Source: Alphaproteobacteria bacterium
GTDB lineage: Bacteria; Pseudomonadota; Alphaproteobacteria; GCA-2731375
Direction: 5' to 3'
NCBI GenBank assembly: GCA_965232515.1
Contig: CBDDPY010000002.1
Span: 1,600,001 to 1,664,000 of the forward strand
Length of the DNA: 64,000 nucleotides
Positions 1-9,394 of the stretch are shown here, piece after piece. The notes beneath the pieces were generated by a model. That model did no database searches. It had not been told where the DNA came from and worked only from the letters and a program-made list of their open reading frames with translations. The position numbers and the translations under genes were made by a program. The number at the start of each line of letters is the position of its first letter. The stretch's first letter is position 1.

Positions 1-94
1 GAAGGACTCCGACGTCGTCTTCATTCACACCGGCGGCGCGGCGGCCTTGTTCGGCTATCCGAACGCCTTCGACCTGCCGGGCTACACGTCTTAA
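1..94 (+). CDS. 3' end of D-cysteine desulfhydrase / cysteate sulfo-lyase (CuyA-like) PLP enzyme, truncated by window edge
   Basis: Frame 2 reads KDSDVVFIHTGGAAALFGYPNAFDLPGYTS* (TAA 92-94); VF[IL]HTGG..ALF.Y is the C-terminal motif of the ACC deaminase/D-Cys desulfhydrase/CuyA family; sulfonate gene context. Confidence 0.75.
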   Translation, partial: KDSDVVFIHTGGAAALFGYPNAFDLPGYTS

Positions 95-122
95 GCGAGG
101 TGATGCGAACGAGGACGGGACG

Positions 123-1430
123 ATGCAGTACGTCAAGAGAGCCGCGGCCGATCCCGCGACCGAGGACCGCAAGATCCGCGAGACGGTCGAGCAGATGCTG
201 GCCGACATCGAGCGCCGCCGCGAGGATTCCGTCGTCGAGTACGCGGCCAAGTTCGACGGCTGGCACGGCGATTTCATCCTGTCCGAGACCAAGAAACGGG
301 CCCTGATCGACAGCGTCGACGACGGGGTCAAAGACGACATTCAGTTCGCCCACCGACAGGTCACGCGCTTCGCCGAGGCGCAGCGCGACAGCCTGCAGGC
401 GTTCGAAATCGAGACCGAACCCGGCGTGCGCCTGGGCCAGCGGGTGGCGCCGGTGGACGCCGCCGGCTGCTACGTGCCGGGCGGCCGCTACGCGCACGCG
501 GCCTCGGCCATCATGAGCGTGGCCACGGCCAAGGTCGCCGGCGTGCCCGACATCACCGCCTGCACGCCGCCGCGGGGCGAAGCGATCAACGCGGCGGTGG
601 CCTATGCCATGGCGCTGTCGGGCGCCGACACCATTCTGGAGATGGGCGGCGTGCACGCGGTCGCGACCATGGCGTTCGGTCTGTTCGGCTGCCGCGAGGC
701 CGACATCCTGGTCGGGCCCGGCAACGCCTATGTCGCGGAGGCGAAGCGCATCCTGTTCGGACGGGTCGGCATCGACGTGTTCGCCGGCCCGACCGAGTCG
801 GCCATCATCGCGGACGACAGCGCCGATCCGATGACCATCGCCGTCGATCTGGTATCGCAGGCGGAGCACGGACCGACCTCCCCGGTCTGGCTGTTTACGA
901 CTTCGCGTGCGCTGGCGGAAAAGGTCGCGGAGGTCGTTCCGATGGTGGCCGACGATATGCCGAACGTCGACGTGGTGCGGACGGCCTGGCGCGACTACGG
1001 CGAGATCATCCTGTGCGACAGCCGCGAGGAGGTCGTCGCGGTGAGCGACCGATACGCCTCGGAACACCTGCAGGTGCTGGCCGACGACCTCGACTGGTGG
1101 CGCGACAATCTCGGCAATTACGGCTCGCTGTTCCTGGGCGAAGGCTCGACGGTGACGCACGGCGACAAATGCGCCGGCACCAACCACATCCTGCCGACGC
1201 GACGTGCCGGTCGCTATTCCGGCGGCCTGAACGTGCACAAGTTCATGAAGGTGCTGACCTACCAGCAGCTTGACGAAGAGGCGAACAAGACCTTCAGCGC
1301 CGTCGGCTCGCGGATCTCGCGGGTCGAGGGCATGGAGGGCCACGCGCGGGCCTGCGACTGGCGGTTGCGCAAGTTCTTCCCCGGCGAGAACTGGTCCTTC
1401 GATGTCTACGATCAGAAGCGCTACGACTGA
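123..1430 (+). CDS. hpsN: Histidinol dehydrogenase-family, sulfopropanediol 3-dehydrogenase (HpsN)-like NAD+/Zn enzyme
   Basis: GCYVPGGRY.H.ASAIM, SQAEHG, SEHL, GDKxAGTNH.LPT and EGMEGHARA match the HpsN branch (HisD has GDY.SG.NH); no his genes nearby. Confidence 0.8.
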   Translation: MQYVKRAAADPATEDRKIRETVEQMLADIERRREDSVVEYAAKFDGWHGDFILSETKKRALIDSVDDGVKDDIQFAHRQVTRFAEAQRDSLQAFEIETEPGVRLGQRVAPVDAAGCYVPGGRYAHAASAIMSVATAKVAGVPDITACTPPRGEAINAAVAYAMALSGADTILEMGGVHAVATMAFGLFGCREADILVGPGNAYVAEAKRILFGRVGIDVFAGPTESAIIADDSADPMTIAVDLVSQAEHGPTSPVWLFTTSRALAEKVAEVVPMVADDMPNVDVVRTAWRDYGEIILCDSREEVVAVSDRYASEHLQVLADDLDWWRDNLGNYGSLFLGEGSTVTHGDKCAGTNHILPTRRAGRYSGGLNVHKFMKVLTYQQLDEEANKTFSAVGSRISRVEGMEGHARACDWRLRKFFPGENWSFDVYDQKRYD

Positions 1431-1439
1431 GACGGTCCG

Positions 1440-2627
1440 GTGAAGACCTTCACGAAATCCTTCACCCAGCAGGAGCCGATCCCGGAGGCCGCGATCGCCC
1501 GGGCCGTCGCGGTCATGCAGTCGGGCAAGCTGCACCGCTACAACACGGACCCGGGCGAAGAGTCGGAGGCCGCCGCGCTGGAACGGGAATACGCCGCCTA
1601 TCAGGGCAGCGACTATTGTCTCGCCTGCGCATCGGGGGGATACGCCCTGCATGTCGCCCTGCGCGCGGCGGGGCTGAAGGCGGGTGAACCGGTGCTGGCG
1701 AACGCCTATACGCTGGCGCCGGTGCCGGGCGCGATCCACAACGCCGGCGGCAAGCCGGTGTTCGTCGAGATCGACGAGAACTGGCATATCGACACCGATG
1801 ACCTCGCCGCCAAGGCCGCGGCCAGCGGCGCGCGCTTTCTGATGCTGTCGCACATGCGCGGCCATATCGGCGACATGGACGCCATCGTCCGAGTTTGCGA
1901 CGACTTCGGCCTGATCCTGATCGAGGACTGCGCGCATACCATGGGCGCGCGCTGGAACGGCGTGCGCTCGGGCAACTTCGGCCGCGTCGCCTGCTTCAGC
2001 ACGCAGACCTACAAGCACCTGAATTCGGGCGAAGGCGGGTTTCTGACCACCAACGACGCCGAGATCGCGGCGCGGGCAGTGGTGCATTCGGGCTCCTACA
2101 TGCTCTATGCCCGGCATGGCGCGGCGCCGGCGGAGGACGTCTTTCAAGGCGTCCGTCTGGAAACACCGAACTATAGCGGCCGCATGGACAACCTGCGGGC
2201 GGCGATCCTGCGGCCGCAACTGCAACAGCTCGACGAGAGCTGCGCGCGCTGGAACGCCCGCTACCGGGTGCTGGAACAGGGCCTGCGGCAGATCAACAGC
2301 ATTCACGTGCCCGAGCGCGCGCCGGCCGAGGACTATGTCGGCAGCTCGATCCAATTCCGCCCCGAGACGCTCGGCGCCGCGGGCATGCCGGTGTTCCTCG
2401 AGCGCTGCGCCGAACGCGGCGTCGAGATCAAATGGTTCGGCGACCCCGAACCGAAGGCCTTCACGAGCAGGTTCGACAGCTGGCGGTATCTGAGCCCGAC
2501 AGCGGAATTGCCGCGCACGCTCGCGGTGTTGTCGACGACCTGCGACATGAGGGTGCCGTTGACGTTCAGCGAGGACGACTGCCGCCTGATCGTCGACATC
2601 GTCGCGGAGGTCATGACCGACCTCTAA
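1440..2627 (+). CDS. DegT/DnrJ/EryC1/StrS-family PLP-dependent enzyme
   Basis: IEDCAH (PLP Asp) and FSTQTYKHLNSGEGG (Schiff-base Lys); GTG start 9 nt after the upstream stop. Confidence 0.85.
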   Translation: MKTFTKSFTQQEPIPEAAIARAVAVMQSGKLHRYNTDPGEESEAAALEREYAAYQGSDYCLACASGGYALHVALRAAGLKAGEPVLANAYTLAPVPGAIHNAGGKPVFVEIDENWHIDTDDLAAKAAASGARFLMLSHMRGHIGDMDAIVRVCDDFGLILIEDCAHTMGARWNGVRSGNFGRVACFSTQTYKHLNSGEGGFLTTNDAEIAARAVVHSGSYMLYARHGAAPAEDVFQGVRLETPNYSGRMDNLRAAILRPQLQQLDESCARWNARYRVLEQGLRQINSIHVPERAPAEDYVGSSIQFRPETLGAAGMPVFLERCAERGVEIKWFGDPEPKAFTSRFDSWRYLSPTAELPRTLAVLSTTCDMRVPLTFSEDDCRLIVDIVAEVMTDL

Positions 2628-2666
2628 CCACCACCTACCCACGCATAGAAGCCAGGGAGGCAGACA

Positions 2667-3659
2667 ATGATGATGCGTAAACTGTTGATGACGGCCGCGA
2701 TCGTATCGCTGGCCATCACCGGGACCGGCGCGGTCGAGGCGAAGACGCTGAAGCTGGGTATGGGCGATCCGCTCGAGTCCGATCAGGGCGCGCTCGCCAA
2801 ACGCTTCAAGGAGCTGGTCGAGGGCTATTCCGGCGGCAAGATGGAAGTCCAGCTGTTCCCGGGCGGCGCGCTGGGCGCGGAAACCGAGATGCTGCAGAAC
2901 GCCCGCATGGGCTCGCTCGACTTCGCGCTGGTGGGCATCGGCAATGTGACGCCGTTCGCCAAGGAGCTGGGCGCCTTGACCATGCCTTACATGATCGAGA
3001 ACACCAGCGACGCGGTGAAGCTGACCACCGGCCATCTCGGCGACAAGTGGAACGAGATCGCCAACAAGGCTGGCCTGCATATCGTCAGCTGGACCTATTC
3101 CAACTTCCGTTTTCTCACGAACTCGGTGCGTCCGGTCACCAAGCTCGACGAGATCCGCGGCATGAAGGTACGCGTGCCGCAGAACAAGATCATGCTGGCG
3201 ACGTACGAGGCCTGGGGCGCCTCGCCGATCGCCATGGCCTGGCCGGAGGTGTTCACGGCGTTGCAGCAGGGCGTGATCGACGGCCAGGACAATCCCTACA
3301 TCGTCAACTACACGATGAAGTTCCATGAGGTGCAGAAGCACGTCACGGAAGTGCACTACAACTACTCACTGCAGCCGCTGGTCACCGGCGTTCGCAGCTT
3401 CGCCAAGTTCTCCGACGAAGAGCGGCAGATGATCGCGCGCGCCGGCCTGGAAGCACAGCTCTACTCGCTGATGTTCCAGCTGCAGGAAGCCGACAAGGCA
3501 AAGCAGGGCATGATCCGCGGCGGCGTCGAGGTGCATGCGCTGCAGGACGAGGATCAGTGGATCCAGATCGCCAAGTCCAAGGTCTGGCCGCAGTTCTATG
3601 ACGAGGTCGGCGGCAAGGACTTCGTCGACTCCGTGATGAAGGAGCTCGGCAAGCAGTAA
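2667..3659 (+). CDS. dctP: TRAP transporter substrate-binding protein
   Basis: Signal peptide; GMKVRVP and EVFTALQQGVIDGQDNP motifs; GGAGG RBS. Confidence 0.93.
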   Translation: MMMRKLLMTAAIVSLAITGTGAVEAKTLKLGMGDPLESDQGALAKRFKELVEGYSGGKMEVQLFPGGALGAETEMLQNARMGSLDFALVGIGNVTPFAKELGALTMPYMIENTSDAVKLTTGHLGDKWNEIANKAGLHIVSWTYSNFRFLTNSVRPVTKLDEIRGMKVRVPQNKIMLATYEAWGASPIAMAWPEVFTALQQGVIDGQDNPYIVNYTMKFHEVQKHVTEVHYNYSLQPLVTGVRSFAKFSDEERQMIARAGLEAQLYSLMFQLQEADKAKQGMIRGGVEVHALQDEDQWIQIAKSKVWPQFYDEVGGKDFVDSVMKELGKQ

Positions 3660-3669
3660 GAGCCGGTTT

Positions 3670-3701
3670 AGGGAGGCACGGTGGCATCGCCGTGCCTCCC
3701 T
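3670..3701 (+). other. Intercistronic stem-loop after dctP (mRNA stabiliser or attenuator)
   Basis: AGGGAGGCACGG-N8-CCGTGCCTCCCT, 12-bp inverted repeat, no U-tract. Confidence 0.6.
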
Positions 3702-3723
3702 GTCCTTGGGGGAGGCGATAACA

Positions 3724-4248
3724 ATGAAATATCTAAACAATATCGAAGATTACATTTGTCGATTTCTGCTCACGCTTTTTGTCACCCTGCTGTTCGTTCA
3801 GGTCGTGCTGCGGACCGTCTTCGGCTGGGGCCTGCCCTGGATCGAAGAACTTTCGCGGTTCGCTTTCGTCTGGTTCGCCTTCCTGGGCGCCGCGCACGCG
3901 GCCAAGCTGAACGCGCATAACCGCGTCGAGGTCCACCTCAAGCTGCTGCCCAAGCGGGTCTACCAGACGATCATCATGATCGCGGACCTGCTGTGGATCG
4001 CCTTCAATATCGCCATCGTCTGGAAGAGCTGGGAGGTCATCCAGGGCCTGCTCGAGTTCCCCTATATCTCGCCGGCGCTCGAATGGTCGATGGCCTACAT
4101 CTACATGATCTTTCCGATCGCGTTTGTGCTGCTGTCGTTCCGCACGCTGCAGGTCGACTATCACCGCTTCATCAAGGGCGAGGAGCTGGTCGACGCGGAT
4201 CAGGCCGAGATCGACGAGATCTCGAAAACCGCCGCCGAAACGCGCTGA
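3724..4248 (+). CDS. dctQ: TRAP transporter small permease
   Basis: Four TM segments; W.EELSRF.FVW..FLGA motif; ATG 3724 after GGAGG. Confidence 0.92.
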   Translation: MKYLNNIEDYICRFLLTLFVTLLFVQVVLRTVFGWGLPWIEELSRFAFVWFAFLGAAHAAKLNAHNRVEVHLKLLPKRVYQTIIMIADLLWIAFNIAIVWKSWEVIQGLLEFPYISPALEWSMAYIYMIFPIAFVLLSFRTLQVDYHRFIKGEELVDADQAEIDEISKTAAETR

Positions 4249-4259
4249 GGAGCAGAGCC

Positions 4260-5543
4260 ATGAACGTCACGCTGCTGCTGTTCGGGTCGTTCGGCCTGAT
4301 GCTCTTCATGGGCACGCCGATCGTGGTCGCGCTGGGCGCCTCGGCGCTCGCCGTCTATGTGCTGACCGATCAGGACTTCTCGTCGCTGATCGTGCTGGCT
4401 TACAACGCCGTCGACTCCTTCCCGATCATGGCGCTGCCGGCCTTCATCCTGTCGGGCGCGCTGATGGGCGACGCCGGCATCTCGCGCCGGCTGATCCGCG
4501 TCGCCGAGGCGCTGGCCGGCAATGCCGCGGGCGGCCTCGCCGCCGCGGCGATCCTGTCCTGCATGTTCTTCGGCGCGGTCTCGGGCTCGGGCCCGGCGAC
4601 CACGGCCGCGATCAGCATGCTGCTGGTGCCGGCCATGGTGAACCGCGGCTACAAGGCGTCCTATGCCGCCGCCGTGACGGCGTCTGCCGGCGGCCTCGGC
4701 ATCATCATTCCGCCCAGCATCCCGATGGTGATCTACGGCGTCACCGCCAGCCAGTCGATCTCGAAGCTGTTCCTGGCCGGCGTCATTCCCGGCACGATCC
4801 TGGCCGTGTCGCTGCTGACCATCAACTATATCCGCGCCAAGCGGCTCGGCTACCGCTCAGACGACGACGGGACCGAGCGGGAGCCCGTGTGGAAGGTCCT
4901 GAAGGACGCGAGCTGGTCGCTGATGGCGCCGCTGGTAATCCTGGGCGGCATCTATTCGGGCTTCTTCACGCCGACCGAGGCGGCCGTCGTCGCGGTGTTC
5001 TATTCGCTGTTCGTCGGCGTGGTCATACATCGCGAGACGACCTGGGCTGGTGTGCGGCACGCGCTGGAGAGCACGACCTGGCTGACCGGCCGCGTGCTGA
5101 TCATCATGTTCGCGGCGACCGCCTTCGGGCGCGTGCTGGTCGAGAACCAGATCCCGACCGTGATCGCCGAATACATCATCGGGCTGACCGACAGCCTGTT
5201 CCTGATCTGGATCGTGGTCATCGCCTTCCTGCTGGTGCTCGGCATGTTCATGGAGACGCTGGCGATGATCCTGATCGTCACGCCGGTTCTGCTGCCGGTG
5301 ATGGTGGCGTTCGGCGTCGACCCGATCCACTTCGGCGTGGTGCTGGTCTGCTGCTGCCTGATCGGCTTCTCGACCCCGCCGCTGGGCGAGAACATGTTCA
5401 TCGCCTCCAGCATCGCCAAGGTGACGATCGAGGAAATCTCGGTGAAGGCGATCCCCTGCGTCGTGGCCATGATCATCGCCGTCATCGTGATTGCGATGGT
5501 CCCGGAACTGAGCCTATGGTTCCCCGCCCTCTTTGGCTTCTAG
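4260..5543 (+). CDS. dctM: TRAP transporter large permease
   Basis: FGAVSGSGPAT, GIIIPPSIPMVIYG, FTPTEAA and DPIHFG motifs; ATG 4260 after GAGGAG. Confidence 0.95.
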   Translation: MNVTLLLFGSFGLMLFMGTPIVVALGASALAVYVLTDQDFSSLIVLAYNAVDSFPIMALPAFILSGALMGDAGISRRLIRVAEALAGNAAGGLAAAAILSCMFFGAVSGSGPATTAAISMLLVPAMVNRGYKASYAAAVTASAGGLGIIIPPSIPMVIYGVTASQSISKLFLAGVIPGTILAVSLLTINYIRAKRLGYRSDDDGTEREPVWKVLKDASWSLMAPLVILGGIYSGFFTPTEAAVVAVFYSLFVGVVIHRETTWAGVRHALESTTWLTGRVLIIMFAATAFGRVLVENQIPTVIAEYIIGLTDSLFLIWIVVIAFLLVLGMFMETLAMILIVTPVLLPVMVAFGVDPIHFGVVLVCCCLIGFSTPPLGENMFIASSIAKVTIEEISVKAIPCVVAMIIAVIVIAMVPELSLWFPALFGF

Positions 5544-5560
5544 ACGCGACGGACGAGCGG

Positions 5561-6316
5561 ATGGACGGCGAGAAGACGGTCGGCGTGATCGGCGGCATGG
5601 GGCCGGACGCGACGGTGGAGCTGATGCGGCGCGTCATCGCCGCGACGCCGGCCGCCGACGATGCCGACCATATCCACATGATCGTCGACAACAACCCCAA
5701 GGTGCCGTCGCGGATCAAGGCGCTGATCGACGGCGACGGCGAAAGTCCGGGCCCGTTCATCGCCGGCATGGCGCAAGGGCTGGCGGCGGCCGGCGCCGAC
5801 TTCCTGGTGATCCCCTGCAACACGGCGCACCACTATCACGCCGAGGTCGCCGCGGCCGTCTCGATCCCGGTGCTGAACGTGATCACGCTGACCGCGGCCA
5901 CGATATCGAACGCATCGTCGCGGCCGCGTCGCGTGGGCATGCTGGCCTCGCCGGCGGTGCGCATCGTCGGCCTGTTCGACGCCGCGCTACACGGGGTGGA
6001 TATCGCACCGGTCTATCCGGAATCGAACCACCGCCTGCTCGACGTCATCAAGGCGGTGAAGGCCGGGCAGGTTTCGGCCGAGACCCGTGAAACGTTGAAT
6101 GCGATCGCCGACGAGCTGGAAACCGCCGGCGCCGACTGCCTGTTGATCTCCTGCAGCGAGCTGTCGGTGATCTCAGACGCGATGCAGACTGCCCTGCCCG
6201 TCTTCGATACGATTCAAATTCTTGCCGACGCGGTCGTTGCGCAGGCCAAGGGCGAGCCCGGCGAAGCCGCGGTTACGGCGCCGCCAGTCGGTAACCGCGG
6301 CCACGGATCGTGGTGA
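5561..6316 (+). CDS. Aspartate/glutamate racemase family (candidate cysteate racemase, CuyB-like)
   Basis: GVIGGMGPDAT, IPCNTAH and SCSEL, giving both catalytic Cys. Confidence 0.85.
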   Translation: MDGEKTVGVIGGMGPDATVELMRRVIAATPAADDADHIHMIVDNNPKVPSRIKALIDGDGESPGPFIAGMAQGLAAAGADFLVIPCNTAHHYHAEVAAAVSIPVLNVITLTAATISNASSRPRRVGMLASPAVRIVGLFDAALHGVDIAPVYPESNHRLLDVIKAVKAGQVSAETRETLNAIADELETAGADCLLISCSELSVISDAMQTALPVFDTIQILADAVVAQAKGEPGEAAVTAPPVGNRGHGSW

Positions 6317-6956
6317 TCAGCCTGGCCCCGTCGCGGTCGTCGATCTTGGCGCGAAGCCGACGGATATAGACCTCGACCACGTTGGTCAGCGGGTCCTCGT
6401 GCGCACCCCAGACGTTCTGCAGGATGCGCGCCCGACTGACGACCTTGCCCTGCTCCAGCATCAGGAACTCAAGCAGCGCATATTCGAGCGAGGTGAGTTC
6501 GATCTCCTTGCCGTCGCGGATGACGACGAGCGCGTCGCGGTCGAACGTCAGATCGGCGACCTGCAGCATTCCGTCGGACTCCGCGCCGCCGTCACGGCCG
6601 GCCCGACGCCGGATCGTTTCGAGCCGCGCCAGCAGCTCGTCGAAGGCAAACGGCTTGGTCAGGTAGTCATCGGCCCCCATGCGCAGGCCGCGGACCACGT
6701 CCTCGGTGCTGTCGAGCGCGGTCAACATCAGGATCGGCGTCAGATTGCGCTCCATCCGCAGCGTCCGGCACACTTCCAGGCCGTCGACCTTGGGCAGCAT
6801 CAGATCGAGGATGATGGCGTCCCAGTCCACCAGGCGCGCTTCGGCCAGCCCGGCCTCACCGTCGTTCACGATCCGGACCGTATGCCCCTCGGCACGCAAG
6901 CCCCGGCCCAGCATTTCATAGATCCGGACATCGTCCTCAACCATCAGCAGATTCAC
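6273..6956 (-). CDS. OmpR/PhoB-family response regulator
   Basis: VEDD, ILDLMLP, GADDYLTKPF and the winged helix NVVEVYIRRLRAK...RGRGY. Confidence 0.95.
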   Translation of the reverse strand: MNLLMVEDDVRIYEMLGRGLRAEGHTVRIVNDGEAGLAEARLVDWDAIILDLMLPKVDGLEVCRTLRMERNLTPILMLTALDSTEDVVRGLRMGADDYLTKPFAFDELLARLETIRRRAGRDGGAESDGMLQVADLTFDRDALVVIRDGKEIELTSLEYALLEFLMLEQGKVVSRARILQNVWGAHEDPLTNVVEVYIRRLRAKIDDRDGARLITTIRGRGYRLAAP

Positions 6957-8590
6957 GCGGTCGCTCCACCCTTTTCAGGCATCGAGTCGTTAACTGGTGC
7001 CGACAGGCACGACTCGTCAAGAGCGGGAAACACAGCGCGCACCGCCGTGCCCTGGCGCCGGCCGCTATCGATCCAGATCCGGCCGCCATGGGCGTTGACC
7101 AGCGAGCGCGCGATCGGCAGGCCAAGACCGGTGCCGCCGGTCGACGACGGGTCCGGAACCGTGGCGGCGCGATAGAAGCGCTCGAATACGCGGTTGACCT
7201 CGCTGTCCGGGATGCCGGGGCCGTCGTCCTCCACGCAGAGCTCCCATCCGGCCTCGGTCCGATGCAGGCGGACATGGATGCGCACGCCGGCATGCGAGTG
7301 CTGGATCGCGTTCGACAGCAATATTCGGACGAGTTGGCCAAGGCGTTGCACGTCGCCCTCAATCAGCGCCTGGCTGTCCTCGAACGCCGTGGTGAGCGAC
7401 GCCTGTCCGCCATCAATCGCCGAATTCATCTGTTCGACGCCGGCGCAGACGGCTTTCTTCAGATCTGTCACCTCGCGGCGCAGGTCGAGCACGCCCGCCT
7501 GCTCTCGGGCGACCAGAAAGATGTCGTTCACGAACCGCGTCAGCTGATCGGCGATGCCGATGATCTGCGACAGCGCCGCCCGATAGGTTTCCTGATGATC
7601 CTGCCGGGTACGCAGCGCGATCTCGGCTTCGCCCCGCACCGCCGTGATCGGGGTGCGCAGCTCGTGTCCGATGTCGGCGAAAAACTGGCGGCGGTTGGCG
7701 TCGCGGCGCTGCAGCTCGTTGTTGGCGACGCGCAGCGCCACCGTGCGTTCGGCGACCCGCACCTCAAGTGAGGCGCGCGCCTCCTCGAGCGCTTCGTGCT
7801 GCTGCCGCAGCTCGCGCGCCATGGTGTTGAAACGCTGCGACAGCACGGCGAACTCGTCGTTGCCGGAGACCGGAATTTCATGCGTCAACTGTCCGGTGGC
7901 GAACAGCGCCGCGCCCTGCTCGAGGTTTACCAGGCCGGTCCTGAGCCGCAGGACCAGCGTAACGACGACCAAACCGGTCAGTGCCAACCCGGTCGCGGTG
8001 GCTGCCACGGCGGCCCACAATCCGACCTGGTTCACCCATTCGATCTCTGCCGACGCGGTCTGAAGCTCACTACGCTCGTCGGCAAGCGCCACCTCGATCA
8101 TGAAGTTCACCCGACCGTCGATCCGGTTCTCCAGACTAGCGTCGAGGAAGGCCCGTGCGTCCGCGAACCGCCCGTCGGCCAGCATCCGTTCGGTCTCTCG
8201 GATGTCGTCGAAGGCCCTGATGAGCTCCTGCCTCAGCGCCTGGGTCCGCGACACATCGCCCATGTCCTCGTTTTCACGGGCGCCGACGGCAACTTCCGCC
8301 GCTTCGTCAGCCGCGATCTCGGCGATGATCGTCTCAACCTCACTCTGGGCGTCGTCGAGGCTGAACGTCAGTTTCCCGCCGCCATGCATAAGATCGCGCC
8401 GGATCTGTTTGAAGGTCCGGAATACCTCGCCGGAAAGCTGCAGATAGCCGCCGAGCTCCTCGTAGGCGAGCCGCATGCGCAGATGATTGTAGGTGGACCG
8501 GTCCGCATTCCACAGCAGCATGGCGGCGCAAGCGACGATGACGCTCGCCAGAATGCCGACGCAGAGGAGGATCTTCGTGCGGACCAGCAT
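6953..8590 (-). CDS. Sensor histidine kinase (2 TM, HAMP, HisKA, HATPase)
   Basis: HELRTP H-box, LSNAIQH N-box, DDGPGI and GTGLGL G-boxes; 4-bp overlap with the regulator. Confidence 0.95.
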   Translation of the reverse strand: MLVRTKILLCVGILASVIVACAAMLLWNADRSTYNHLRMRLAYEELGGYLQLSGEVFRTFKQIRRDLMHGGGKLTFSLDDAQSEVETIIAEIAADEAAEVAVGARENEDMGDVSRTQALRQELIRAFDDIRETERMLADGRFADARAFLDASLENRIDGRVNFMIEVALADERSELQTASAEIEWVNQVGLWAAVAATATGLALTGLVVVTLVLRLRTGLVNLEQGAALFATGQLTHEIPVSGNDEFAVLSQRFNTMARELRQQHEALEEARASLEVRVAERTVALRVANNELQRRDANRRQFFADIGHELRTPITAVRGEAEIALRTRQDHQETYRAALSQIIGIADQLTRFVNDIFLVAREQAGVLDLRREVTDLKKAVCAGVEQMNSAIDGGQASLTTAFEDSQALIEGDVQRLGQLVRILLSNAIQHSHAGVRIHVRLHRTEAGWELCVEDDGPGIPDSEVNRVFERFYRAATVPDPSSTGGTGLGLPIARSLVNAHGGRIWIDSGRRQGTAVRAVFPALDESCLSAPVNDSMPEKGGATA

Positions 8591-8686
8591 ATCTCAGAAG
8601 CTAGGCGCTGGAGACGTCAATACCATCGGCCGCCGCCCTTTTTTTCCGGCATCCGGCTTTTTGCCGTCGCCAAAACCGGACGACCC

Positions 8687-8708
8687 GGACGGGGCAGTTG
8701 CCCCGTCC
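8687..8708 (-). other. Palindromic hairpin between the carbonic anhydrase and kinase genes
   Basis: GGACGGGGCA-GT-TGCCCCGTCC. Confidence 0.45.
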
Positions 8709-8755
8709 CTCATCGCCTGGTCGCAGAACTGCGGCGCCATGACGCTGCGCTGCGG

Positions 8756-9298
8756 TCAGTTCACCGCGAACGGCAGCGACGAATGGTGCAGGTTGATGCG
8801 CAACCGGCCGTCGGCGCCGCGGATGTACCCAAACGAATACTCCACCTTGACCTCGTTGCCGTCGGTATCGGTGAAGTAGTAGTTGCCCATGGCGAGCGCG
8901 CTGTCGCTGTCGATGACGAGATCCTCGTTTTCGAAGCGCACTGCGGTCCAGGGAGTAATGGCGAAGCCCTGATCCTCGGCGATGCCGCCGCGCACGAAAT
9001 AGGACAGCGCCTCGTCGCTGGTGCCGCGGAACTGGTCGGCCGCGGCCTTGGTCGGCTTGAACAGCACCTTGCCCTCGCCATAGGCATAGAGGTCGGCGAT
9101 ATGCTGGCGGGCGGCCGCGGTGTAGTCGCCGCCCTCGACGCTGGCCTTGCCAATAGCGACGATGCCGGCGGCCCAGGCTTCCTGCGCGGCCAGGATCTCC
9201 GCCTCTGTGATCGCCGCCTTTTTTGCCATCGCCGGCGTGCCCAGCATCCCGACAATGCCCACGGCGGCCGCCATCACGCCGAATTTGCGAACCTTCAT
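8756..9298 (-). CDS. Secreted COG4337-type (iota-class, NTF2/SnoaL-like fold) carbonic anhydrase
   Basis: Signal peptide MKVRKFGVMAAAVGIVGMLGTPAMA; VLFKPTKA, GFA..PW..VRFEN, AMGNYYF, KVEYSFGY and C-terminal LHHSSLP. Confidence 0.8.
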   Translation of the reverse strand: MKVRKFGVMAAAVGIVGMLGTPAMAKKAAITEAEILAAQEAWAAGIVAIGKASVEGGDYTAAARQHIADLYAYGEGKVLFKPTKAAADQFRGTSDEALSYFVRGGIAEDQGFAITPWTAVRFENEDLVIDSDSALAMGNYYFTDTDGNEVKVEYSFGYIRGADGRLRINLHHSSLPFAVN

Positions 9299-9394
9299 TT
9301 GCACATTCCTTTCCACGTTGGCTGTTACCTCAAGCCGGTCGTCCATCGCGGGCCGCACCTCGACGGGCCGCGACGCACCGGCCTTGCAGAAAGA

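Noticed and set aside
123-1430. hisD (histidine biosynthesis)
   Set aside because: Motifs follow the HpsN branch (GDK rather than GDY) and the context is sulfonate catabolism
21-3356. 1111-aa minus-strand ORF
   Set aside because: Antisense shadow of three well-supported plus-strand genes in GC-rich DNA; no motifs
4124-5560. N-terminal 479 aa of the 730-aa ORF as a racemase fusion
   Set aside because: Out-of-frame overlap with dctQ/dctM and Arg-rich nonsense; the real start is ATG 5561
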